From positions 372,001 through 436,000 of the forward strand of contig CM120643.1 of assembly GCA_051362555.1 (NCBI GenBank): a DNA stretch of 64,000 nt. The letters run 5' to 3'. Position 1 is the stretch's first letter. Every line of letters begins with the position of its first letter. This document shows, piece after piece, positions 25,381-37,000 of the stretch. Made by a program: the position numbers and the translations under genes. The notes under the pieces were generated by a model. That model saw only the letters and a list, made by a program, of their open reading frames with translations, was not told where the DNA came from and did no database searches. Origin of the DNA: Lingula anatina. Lineage: Eukaryota; Animalia; Brachiopoda.

Positions 25381-28327
25381 TCACACACACACACAGACAC
25401 ACACACACACACAAACACACGCTCGCGCCCATTTTCAATCCCAATTTCTTCATTTGCTTAACTTATTTTTATTTATGTGCTTTTTATTACCCATATCTGA
25501 TGACATTGAATCACTGATTTACATTTATTCTTGAACTCAGGTAGAAGTGTACGGTAGGTGACTACCACTATGGGGTCACAAAACAATACAGGTGACGTGT
25601 GGACTGTCCACTATTAAAAGCCAAGGCATATTCAAACCTTTAACACCCTGTCAACGCGTACATCTGTATTGCGTGACGTTCTCCCTCTCTGGCGCTGTAC
25701 AATTGGATGACATCTTCACGAGTTGGCCACATTTCTACAGAATCACGCAAACTTCTGGCACTGAAGTTCCAGCGATCGAGGATTGATGTACTTTAATGGT
25801 ACTTAATACGTGGAGTGGTTCCTTGACATTTTTACAATTGCTATCAGTGTTTTTATCGTTTTTAGTTCGTTACTTGATAATTGTTTATGATTTTTCAATA
25901 TATAGTGTTTAACGCAGTGCATATTCGCTAATGCTTATTATATAGATACTTCTTACAAAACTATTCGTATACTCTTCTGTTTTGTTCTAGGTCATTATTT
26001 TTTCAGCTACAGAAATCAGTTCATCTTCGGCCCAACAAGTTTTCTTTGGTCTGACTTGATAACATACCGGGGAAATAACTGTGACTTGGGAGCCAGAACC
26101 CTCCTTTCTCATAGTTAAAGGGCAACTCCCAGGGATATACCCGCCAAAATGGATTATCCCGGGGAAATAAGCAATGTTTTCGTACTTACGAATCATTTAT
26201 CTATCCCTCTTTTCACTTGGATTCGACATTTAATTACATTTATAAAGATTGATTTAGTTTAAAATAACTTCCCAACCATTGCACAAACGACCATCTTCCA
26301 ATGCTCCAATGAAAGAATCACCATCAGTTACGCTCCAGAAAAATATTATTGCAGGAGTTAAATTGTTTTAAGGTGTATGCAGGGATTTATACGAAGTTGG
26401 GGATAGCAAAAATAGCATATTGGGGACTTCAAAGCCATGGAGTGTACCTTTAACCTGAAAACAGTGACTGATGTGGCACTTTCTGTTCCAGACGAACTTT
26501 GGAATTGTGATTTCCTCACAGGCAGCGTCTCTCATTTCTGCTACTATTGATGATGTGTCAGAATTTGATGCTCTATGATTTTATGTCATATGGATAGGTG
26601 GCGTGTATAGTCCCATAACCTTGCAGCAAAACGCTGACTACGTACCGCCCATGTTTAGCTTCCGGCATCATGTTGAAGAACAATGAAAACTAACAGTAAA
26701 CTCCCTGTCTTGAGACTTGCCAATACTAACAAAGAAAATTCGTGATCATTTTGTATCCTACTGTGTTCCTCCAGATGAAACAGGTTTACTAATGTTAGAA
26801 GGCTAATATCTGAAGATGACTTTGTGAAATATCAGTTCTGGCCACCTTATGCATCGCCAAAGACGAATCAAGTGTTGCTCTTTTTCACGCTCTCTCTTCT
26901 TTTCTTTTCTCGTATAAGTTATCTTTTTTTCTGTTTTGCGATTAAATCAAATTAGCATCATATCTTGTATAACAGCGTGCTAAAGTTTAATGATATAGAT
27001 ATAAAAGCTCAACATATTACTCTGCATAAAATCTTCACATATTTACATTTATCGCTGGTTGGATGCTAAAGAAATGCCACGCCAAAAAAAAAAACAAAAA
27101 AACTACGATTTCCTGCATGCCTGCATTGACGTGGTTCTATCGTGGTCACTCTATTTAGTAATAAGCTCTACTCAGTCTTTTATACAAGATGAAAATGTTA
27201 GGTAGGGAAGCGTAATGACTACAGCATGTGTTTTTAAAAAAACGTCGAATTCTTCCCAACTTTCAGAATAACACCGTGACATCTTATGACGGTGACTGCT
27301 ACGACAGGGAAACATGGGCGTACTCTGCCGTTCTGCTGTCTTAATGAAATGTCGTATTCATACAGATGGGTTATCAAACTTGTGATTGATAACACTAAGT
27401 GTCTACAATGAACGCATAGGTTTTTAATATGACCATATTTTATCAACTTATCATTTAATAAAATGTCATTTCAGCGAAAATGCTCATTTTGCGTCTCTTT
27501 TCTTCGCCGTTTTCCGTTTTTCTCCGCCATTTCCTTCAATATTATTTCTACGTATTGATAACACACTATCAACACTTTGAGTGTTATTGTTAAGAGCGTA
27601 TGGTAATTTAATTGCAAATGAATCACTTTGTTGTTGTGTTTTACTGTTAGTGCTGACTAGCCTGAAGAGTCGCCGCGGGGACCGAACCAGATTATTACCT
27701 GGTCTTCGTATACACGGCTCATTCTGTGCATATTACTGATCTGATTTTATGATGTGAATAAAAACTATGACTAGACAGCGTTACTTTGATGTCTTCAATA
27801 CGCTTTTCAGTCTGGAAATATTAAAGGGCAACAAATTCATGGTTTTTAACCGTTTTAAGCCGCGTTGAAATCTGACAGGCAAAACATCAGTGCTTGAATA
27901 ATAGTTTTGTAATAAGAAATCTCCTAAAAGTTGTAAGCAAAAGCAAACTTCCGTGTATGCAGACATGTCTTTTTACTTCTTTTCTCTCTTAATGCAATCA
28001 TTATTATTGTTTAAATATTCCCGCCATTAGTTAACTCTAATCATACAAGTCCGAGACAGCTTAACATTGAAACTTTGCAGATTAAGCATTTAAGAAAATG
28101 TAAATGATGTAAATACGCACACATACACACACGCACCCACGCGCGAGTGCGCGCCCTATGACGTTTACCTCGTGCACTTTGCATTTTACGGTCCACTCAT
28201 CCTGACTCGCTTGTCTTTTGATAATATTTCCAGACACTGAGTACTGAAACTGCCCGAGGAACACAGGAGAAGAGATCAGACACAGTCCTGTTGTCAATAT
28301 GTGAAGTAAACGAAGTTGGCTCGCCAT
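20593..28327 (-). CDS. Secreted cysteine-rich repeat / C-type lectin domain protein, 7 exons, ~845 aa
   Basis: Exons 28327-28169, 25145-24998, 24611-22983, 22276-22190, 21936-21862, 21306-21133, 20858-20593. All introns are GT-AG with compatible phases (0,1,1,1,1,1); total 2538 nt. Confidence 0.85.
21133..21306 (-). CDS. Lectin gene exon 6: C-type lectin domain, N-terminal half
   Basis: CPGWADAMVYGGHCY...AQEDCAHLGGHLVAIETQEEDNFI. Confidence 0.9.
21497..21675. mobile_element. Fold-back MITE-like element in a lectin gene intron
   Basis: CTAACTAGTCCG..GGTCAAATATGGC.GACCCAC is inverted as GTGGGTCGCCATATTTGACCAGCGGACTAGTTAG. Confidence 0.6.
21862..21936 (-). CDS. Lectin gene exon 5: one four-Cys module
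   Basis: ALGGSCEVDRDCMTGFRCRDNSCRT; 75 nt, phase 1-1. Confidence 0.85.
22190..22276 (-). CDS. Lectin gene exon 4: one four-Cys module
   Basis: KGMACSTDFDCADLHNLTCDPMTKQCRR; 87 nt, phase 1-1. Confidence 0.85.
22793..22960 (+). repeat. Imperfect direct repeat, ~112-bp period
   Basis: CCCCCAGRAAAATCCGTTT.AAG.CACTTTTCC.GCCAAAAT occurs twice. Confidence 0.6.
22983..24611 (-). CDS. Lectin gene exon 3: 18 four-Cys modules
   Basis: Lies within the 579-aa ORF; C-x5-C-x5-C-D-x5-C type repeats; ATTTCAG acceptor, GTGAGT donor. Confidence 0.92.
24998..25145 (-). CDS. Lectin gene exon 2: Cys cluster and coiled coil
   Basis: GKVSCGTEMSTEDLSFLCPCDSELKALAAQVAVLQEQVSKLMAPTEGG; TTTCAG acceptor, GTACGG donor. 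Confidence 0.75.
25342..25420. repeat. (CT)n(CA)n microsatellite
   Basis: Read directly from the sequence. Confidence 0.9.
28169..28327 (-). CDS. Lectin gene exon 1: signal peptide
   Basis: MASQLRLLHILTTGLCLISSPVFLG...IIKRQ...KCKVHE|GTAAAC. Confidence 0.7.
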
Positions 28328-30008
28328 CACTTGCTGCAGATGTGGTCTTGTCCAAAACAAGGTACAAACCCTTGGCCTTCAATATCCCTATTCTTTTATT
28401 GTCTTCACTCGGTAAGAATGTTCTTTAAATTGCGAAGTCAAGTGTCTTGTTTGGTAATCAAATTGAATATTTGCTCTAATGTAAATTTTCCAACGGCGCT
28501 CACACCAAATACCTCCAAATACAATTTACTTTGGTTTCTTCACTGTTGTGAAAATGTTCAAAACTAATGTGAAGCTCACTACGAGCGTCTCATATATACT
28601 CTGCTTGAAACCATTGAGTAACAGTTCCTCGTGCTTGGGCAATGAATGTGACGTTAGAACGATGACGGTCCAATGGCAGGAGTTAAATGGGTACAGTGGC
28701 GTTCAGAAGTTACGGAACCTTTTGCATGTTTAACCGCGGTACCAAGCCATAACAACCGTGGCTTTACTGTATCAGTAAGTGTTGTCATGTTGAGATGTAG
28801 TAAAAGCGCCTGGATAAATCTGGATGGTCGCCCAAAGTGTTGATTTTATGACTATGGTGAACACAGATATAGAATACAATAACCGTTAAACCTACGCCTA
28901 GTTTGCCTACGACATCATGCAAGGAGCGTGTTGGGAATGGCCAAGCAGATACTGTGTTTGTGTCTGACACGTGACTGGAGAGTGAAACTCATACTTTCGA
29001 CTGATTCCGTGTATTGACTACTGTTTTAATGAACCTTTTATTTCCATTTTAAAGGTATAGATAAAGTACGAGGCGCTGAGCTTTACGAGAAATAGAGCAG
29101 ATAATTGGCGAGGCGAAGCTTAAAGCACGAGTAATAAACCCTGTGCAATGGTGCGTGGAACGCATTCGTGGATGACGTGACTTTACACGAAATAAAGCAC
29201 GGCGCGACCTATTGTCTTTTGACAGGAGAGTGCTTTAATGCATTTTGGATTGTCTCTAGATTTTACTTTTAACTGGCTTAAAGTTAAATAGAAGCGCCGT
29301 CTATCTTTATATTTTCTTTGTACCTGTCCGGCACATTTTGACCAATTAACTATGAGCACTAAGACAAGTTAGTATTATGGGATATTTTTATGTTGGTATT
29401 CAACTTTCAAAGCCTTTAAATAAATCTTCATCACAAGCCTCTGTGTCGACACATTTTGAAAACTAAGACTGATTATCTGAAATGATATGATAAATTATAT
29501 TTAGAATATTATCTGACGGCTTCGTAAGGAACGCTAGTTTTTTTCTCCATGGAGTTCGAATCTTATGCTATGTACGTAAGAAAAACATTTTTTTAGAAAT
29601 AAAGATCCTTGTAGCCAGGGGCACGTGAGGGATAGGACAGAGATATTTAAAGTACTTAATTGATTTGGCACGGTGGCCATGTCTCTAAGCAGTTAGATTA
29701 AAATACAATTGCGCCCCCAACCCGAAGTGACAATAAGTTTATAATAGAAAGTGATTAAAACCACAAGTATTGGAGAATCAAGGGGCGTGGGGTGGTGTTG
29801 GCGCCAAGAATCCCCGCTGTGTTCCAGGCACCGCTGAATACAGAGGCGGCGTAGAGAGGGTACCTTGGAGTTCCACGACACCAAGTTTTATTTGGAAAGT
29901 GAGTAAACCGCGGAGAGGCGCAGTCTTCAGTACATTGAACTGTACACAAGTAAAATTTGGCACACGTCCCCCTTTTGTTACGACTACCTGATGGTGAAAA
30001 TGCTTTAC

Positions 30009-30110
30009 ATTTAGGCCATAAACTTCCTTAAAAAAACTTCCAAAAACTATATTTAGGCCATAAACTTCCTTAAAAAAACTTCCAAAAACTATATTTAGGC
30101 CATAAACTTC
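30009..30110 (+). repeat. 42-bp tandem repeat, ~2.4 copies
   Basis: ATTTAGGCCATAAACTTCCTTAAAAAAACTTCCAAAAACTAT. Confidence 0.8.
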
Positions 30111-30426
30111 ATAATACGCTAAAGACACCATCTCTTTCTGGAGATAAAATTACCAAGCTTTCAGATATTAAATGATTTTGGAATCATTAAAAAATTCTTC
30201 TGTTGCACTTGTGGCGCTTTCGCCGTGAAGAATAGAAATAGAAGGAAACGTGCTTTTCAGTTGGTTGCTACAGCTCAATAGACATGTTCTCATTTCAAGA
30301 ATTTACGACTTAAACACGCAGTATCTGTAAAATTTGCCGCTTTCCTCTATTAAAAAGGTCTGTGTCATTACCGTACTGTAGATTTTAAAAATAACATTAT
30401 GTGCACAATCCAGGTGATTAGACTTG

Positions 30427-30626
30427 GGCTGTATTCCCAGAGCTTTTAGATCGATCTATCCCCGCGGAGAGTCTCACTAGATTACTGTCAGATAACCCGG
30501 CTTAAATGTCCGTCCCGCCTACTACAAGCTGTAAGTGGGTAATTAACTTTCGTGTCCGCTCGGCTGACAGCTATTTAGCGTGAACCCCCAGGGAGTTAGG
30601 TCGATCTAATCTCTGGAAATGGGGTC
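30427..30626. mobile_element. Degenerate 200-bp MITE
   Basis: ATTCCCAGAG..TTAGATCGATCTA versus TAGGTCGATCTAATCTCTGGAAAT; TTG on both flanks. Confidence 0.5.
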
Positions 30627-33600
30627 TTGGGTATATCCGTGCCCAACTTGTTTATAATAATAACACATACACAAATACATATGTAGCACAATTTATTTTC
30701 AACGTGTGCTGGGTAACATACAGCAGGCGCTCAGTTATATAGATTTATGCGTGTATAAATGGCGTTTAAGTGCCCTTGCTGCTCATTTAAGCCTGGCCAT
30801 ATTCATTTATGCCCGGCAGTTTCAATTTACAAGTTCACAATTCTTCAGTTAAACAATATATATCTCTACTTATATATAACAACTTTCTTGTTAAATCCAC
30901 TCCTTTCAAGAATGCGTAATGTCTATAGGTAATCGCACAAAAGATCCGAGTTTATTCCGTTGCTGACCGCTGATTTACGAATTTTGTGCCTTAAAACTTC
31001 GTAAGGCCATTTTACGCTTCATCAATTTACATTATTGTAATATTCGTTTCCACCTTCGCATATTTTACAAGTATTGGTTATAAGATATTCGTGTACCCCC
31101 CCCCCCTTCTCCATCGACTTAAAACGGTCATGAAACCCCTTGTTAGATCACTGCATTTATACAAGTATTTCCCCACAGTCACCGAATGCTTGAAACTGTC
31201 TATCACTTTTACAGAATAACACTAAATAAACAGATTCCCTTGATAAGAATTCCACTGGCGGAAAAATCACCAAGCCACGTTAGTCTCATTATAGAAGTGC
31301 TCTTAATAAATCTGTTGGATCTCTCCCTCCCTAAATAAATAATAATAAATCTCCCCCGATGTACTACTTCCGGTTTCAAGTTAGGCCGTGTCTGAACTGT
31401 CCCTGGTCCTTTTATATAGACTACAACCAGTGCTTACCCTCCAGTTTAACATTGCTTGGGACGCACAACCTCTGCATAGATGTAAATTGGGATGAGAGTT
31501 AAGGGAGGGATATCAATTACAGTACTGTAACATCAAGAAGTTCCAACTTTTTGAGAACATCAAAGTTCCACTATCAAACCACCACGTGTAGGTCAGGGAA
31601 TTACCACCAAATATCAGGGAGGCTGGAAAATTACCTACTTGAATGAATGAGATAGCTATAGCCTGTGAACTGCCTCTACCACTGTGCCTGCTGCTATGAT
31701 CTCACTAAGTCTAACCAAGAGACCTACTAATGGATCAAAATAATAATACTAATAATTGAATCATGACTTGGCCAGATCCTTAAGATGCATATTAATAAGC
31801 ATATATATGTTATCTAAATCACAATCACATTGCCTTGGTAGTTAAAAAAAAGAGTGCACTGCTCATACAATGTCCACAGCAGGTGTCCCTTACTTGACAA
31901 CACAGTGGCCGTTCAGACTAAGTCTAGTTTGGACTCCAAAACACACTGCCAAGTGACCAAGATTACACAGAGAACCCTACTAATGTCAGACAATGAAATG
32001 CCCTGTGAATCGGTTCAGTTGTCAATTTGTACATTCTAACTTTGGAACTGTTTTGTCTTGTACACTTCTGTTAGTATGCCACCTATCTGCAGCCTTGCAA
32101 TGAATTTATAACAAACCAACTTTTTTCATGTCCAAACTAAAGTTTTCCACTTCAGCACACTGCATATACCATCATGCAATGCTGCACTCATAAAAAATAC
32201 TAGCAGATCAATAACAAAGATTAATTAATGAATTTTTTACAGCATGGCTTTGCCAGCTCTGAACAAAGTCTTATTGCGTTAAGCTCTCCAGCGTATCCAG
32301 CATATGTAAACAACTGCATTTCTATATTGTGATTATAAGCTTGGTTGAGTTTTTGAAATCTAATCCAAAATAAAATCAATCTTTGACACTGTGATGTATA
32401 CTAGTAGACCACTTGTAAAAATGGGGTTATTAGTGCCATAAATATACACTGTCCTGGCACCTTGATGACTGTTTCCAGTTCTCTTTACTTAATGAGTTTG
32501 GACTGAAAATGTTCAAATTTGCTCAACACTTTCCTCTCTGTTGAACACAACCACAAATTCTCCTAGTACATATGTGTGTAGATATGTCAAGCTTTTTAAT
32601 ATCAAATCAAACTATTATCCAGAAATTTGACAACTTGGTGCATACATCTTTTACTCCCTAATAACCTTTAAGTTACAAACTTCATCCTTTTACGCACATA
32701 TGCCTTTCTCTTGGACTCCAATTTAATCTAATCCTATCATTATCAACAACAATTATTACAGTCTTCCTCTAAATGAAGTGAAACCTTTTTAAATTGCATT
32801 TCTTGTCTCCAACAGTAGCAGTTATCAAATGAGGACTCCAGTCTCTCATAGTAACTGTCATAAAAGACAAAGACCTATTTACATTTATACACTTTTAATA
32901 ACACAAGTTGTTTATTGCAATATCACCCTTGGCTTGGCGCTGACAGGCCTCTCACGATTTCCACATTTCTACTTTTCTATGCCCTAGACATAAATAAAGT
33001 GATTGTACTCTATCAACTTTCATTTCTATGACAGGTCAGGTGTAACTTTAACACCTACCTAAAGAGAGGACCTTTTTTTCTAAAACTAAGCTAGAACTTA
33101 GCAACTAGAACTAATACTAAAGCCTCCCATGTACCAGTGAAACTTCTATGCAATTAACACCGTGCCTCAGTTTTGGCCTCCTTTTCTGACCTCCTTTTCA
33201 GCAAGAGCTGCACCCAGGACAGTCATCATTTAAACACTGGGTATAAAACTCCAGACGCTTCCTTGTGCAAGTTCAGTTCCATGTGATATATATTACAGCA
33301 TCATTGAACATAAAAAATGTTTTATTAGCTGCTTCTACCATGTCAAGTATGTACAGTTATAGCAGCAGCATACTGCAGTGACCAAAATATGTTCAAAATG
33401 ACAAAATATAATTTTTGTAATCAGAAACATTATTTTCAAAAATCATAAATCCCAACAAATTCACAATCTAAAGTAAGTGTCACTGAACATGGACTTTCAA
33501 CCTAAGGCAGACCAGTTCAAGTTAATTACAAGACCAGCACTTAAGACAGATTCACACTATTTACCCCATCTTAATGAGAACAGTCATAAAAGCTAACTAC

Positions 33601-33847
33601 AAGCAATCTGATACTTATCAATGTATATGTGTATGATTACTCAATGTGACTGAACCAAATCAACAATAACTCACATTTTGATATGGCCTGTGAGAAAAAA
33701 TTACCAACTAAACAAGTTTTATCAAAATTTGACCTATTTACATAACTTAATCTTTTTACAAAACCTTAACACTAACACCAAGGCTTTGATGAAAATGTTA
33801 TGTCACTGATAACTCATAGGACCACCTGGTCTGTGATATCACTGGAC

Positions 33848-34035
33848 TTAAATCAAATCGCATCTTCTGTAGTAGAGAAGATATGGCACTCTAGGCGGGG
33901 AATATTTCATTAACTGCGGGACAGTCACGACTTTAACGGTGCTGTCATCAATGCGCATCCAGCCGTTGATACCGTTGTGGTAGATGTCTGTGGTATAGTG
34001 ACCGCCAGTGGCGTTCTTACCGTGATGGTACACAA
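33848..34035 (-). CDS. USP10: USP10 last exon (His box)
   Basis: [20 protein letters not shown]...[11 protein letters not shown]. Confidence 0.95.
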
Positions 34036-37000
34036 CTGAAATTAACAACATGTAAATATGTACATAAATAATGAAAGAAATATCTGCACTTTTGTTTATG
34101 TGCAAACTTTACATTTTCCTGCAAAAATAGCACCAGACGTGTTAGTTTTCACCAAGGATAAAATTATAAAATCCATATTCTTTTAAGTGAAAAATCTGGT
34201 GGCACTGGTAACAAAATGACCTAATATCATGGTTTCATTTTCCCAAAATTCCACACAGGCCAGTGTCACTGAGGTTCATATAGGTCTAGTGTTTGTCACC
34301 AAGTGCCCAGTGACCTGTGACCTTGGGTAATTAACAGAGCATTAACTCTAACTGTGACATCTGACATCCTAACTTCAGATACAGCTGACATCACAGCATC
34401 CTTCCTCAATGCAGAAAAACATCACGAAACACAGTAAATGACATATGTCACATGAAGACTAAAGTGAACACTGTAGGCCACAAGACTTTGGTGAAAAAAA
34501 ATAAAAGTGAAATATAACCCTCAAAATGCCGTATGATCAAACCATCATCTTTACAAAAACTGCCCAAGACATAATACTAATTCTGACAGATAGGTTCGGG
34601 ATTTTCTGTGTCAGTTCTTAAAATTTTACACAAATAAGGTCATATTTCCCCAGAAAATAGCCCGTACTGACCAGCAAACAGCTTGTACGTCCTCTGTCCT
34701 GTGGGCAGCTTGGACCTCACATTGGGGGACAGCAGGTCTGGAAAGAACACAATTTTATACATAAAGTTTATTTTAATAATAATTTTGACAACCTTTAAAA
34801 ATTTATTAAAAGTTTCTTTTTTCATGCCAAGTAACATTAAATTTACTTAATTAAAATCGAATTTAAAGTTTTTTCATTGTTTACTTCATTTTCCTCAACA
34901 TATTTATGGGTGGTGGTGGCAGTACAAACCATGTTTTAAAACATTTCAAATTATTTGTCCACCATGGCTATAACATTTCATTTATAAAAAAATTCTACAC
35001 CTGCTATATCAAGTACCCACACACATTCTTCCTGATCACCAACCTGCCGTCCCCCCCTCCCCCCTCTGATTTCACTCTGGTCATTAAACCCACACAAACC
35101 ACCCGACACCTCATTTCTTACCCCACTCTGTATGCACTTAATTAACAAGTATTAAAAATTATGACTATTTGCCACAGGTCAGTGTTGTCCTTGAAGAAGT
35201 CCCTCCAAGCCTGACCACTACACCATACTGACCTCAGCTCATGGGTCACTTTTTATACTTCTTGTGTTTACAAACTCACTGCTTACATATAACTCATATC
35301 ATCCTGTTTCCCCAAAAGATGAATATGAAGGATTTAAATTATCCTTATAATTCTTTAATCACCATAGGTATTATCACCGCAATTTAAAAATTATAACAAA
35401 TTAATATCTTTTCTGGGCCATTTTTAGTATGTAATTCTATCAACCAGATTCAAGAGTAACAAAAATTAATCCTTTGTGTGCACAAAGGCTTCGTTCACAT
35501 GCAATGTCTATTTTCTAAATTCTATTTTCTATTCGCGCTATCTTATGATCACGGTCTGTGCCCTGAATATCCCGCCGCGTAATTACTGGCAGCGCGAGCC
35601 AGTTACTTATAGTAGCTTATAGTAACTGGCTCGCGCTGCCAGTAATTACGCCGCGGGATATTCAGGGCACAGACCGTGATCATAAGACATACCGCCAATA
35701 GAAAATAGAATTTAGAAAATAGACATTGCATGTGAACGAAGCCAAAGAAACATGCACTTGATATCTCACACAAAATGCCTCATATTAGATAAATATAAAT
35801 GCCACCTTTATAAATCAAACAAATACCTCCAACCCCCCTGAACATAGCCTCGAATCCCCCTGAACATGTCCCCGTCCCCACCTCTGAACATAGCCTCGTA
35901 TCTTGTTGAACATAGCCTCGAATCCCCCTGAACATGTCCCCCTCCCCACCTCTGAACATAGCCTCGTATCTTGTTGAACATAGCCTCGAATCCCCCTGAA
36001 CATGCCCCCCTCCCCACCTCTGAACATAGCCTCGTATCTTGTTGAACATAGCCTCGAATCCCCCTGAACATGCCCCCCCACCCCACCTCTGAACATAGCC
36101 TCGTATCTTGTTGAACATAGCCTCGAATCCCCCTGAACATGCCCCCCTCCCCACCTCTGAACATAGCCGCCTATCTTGTTGAACATAGCCTCAAGCCCCC
36201 TTGAAAATAGCCTCAAACCCACCTCTGCTAACTTCCAGATCCACTCCATATTCCACATGTTTGACAACTTTCTGGGAGCCTCCATTTTTGTCGTAAACAA
36301 AACATTTGAGGTGCAGGACCAGCACAGGGGGAAGCTCTTCCAGTGTGGTCCGACGACTGGCCTCCACCTGGAAAATAACAGGGAAAAGATATTCAGATCA
36401 TGTGTGGATGAAATGCAGGGATATCTGAAATTTTGAAAAAGAAAAAGAAAATATCACCAGCATTTTCAGTTTTTTATGACACTGACCCTACAGATTCATG
36501 AATTCACTATGTTTTCTAAATAATTACCATACCAGTTTTGAAGTATTACAGAACAGAAACACAGAAAAATGTTCATTTTCAAAACTGCACTTTAAAACCA
36601 TGCCTTGAAAAAAAAAAAAAACACAATTGCTAGAGCACAGAGATTAAAGGTAAATTAGTAACCTGGATTTTTTATCACAGCTTTCCAACTTTCTTTCCAA
36701 TGCTAATATAAGTGGCCTTTGGGCAAGAATTAAAAACTCCTTTACAGCCTGTCCATCCTGTCTCCAAGAGATATAAGTTACTACTAATAATTCACACTAC
36801 TTATTCACACAGCTATGTACGTAACACAACTCACTGCATAATGAGGCTGTAAATATACAGTTTGTGATGACAACTTCCTCACCATGTCATTTCTTCTGGC
36901 TCTGCAGTTTTATTGCTGGATCATTAACTTTTTTCTACAGGGTTTTCCGTTGATTACTACATCGGAGTAGCTTAAAGCTTTCTTACTAAATGGGTTTGTG

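Noticed and set aside
35780-36300. Gly/Arg-rich ORFs
   Set aside because: Produced by the 68-bp minisatellite.
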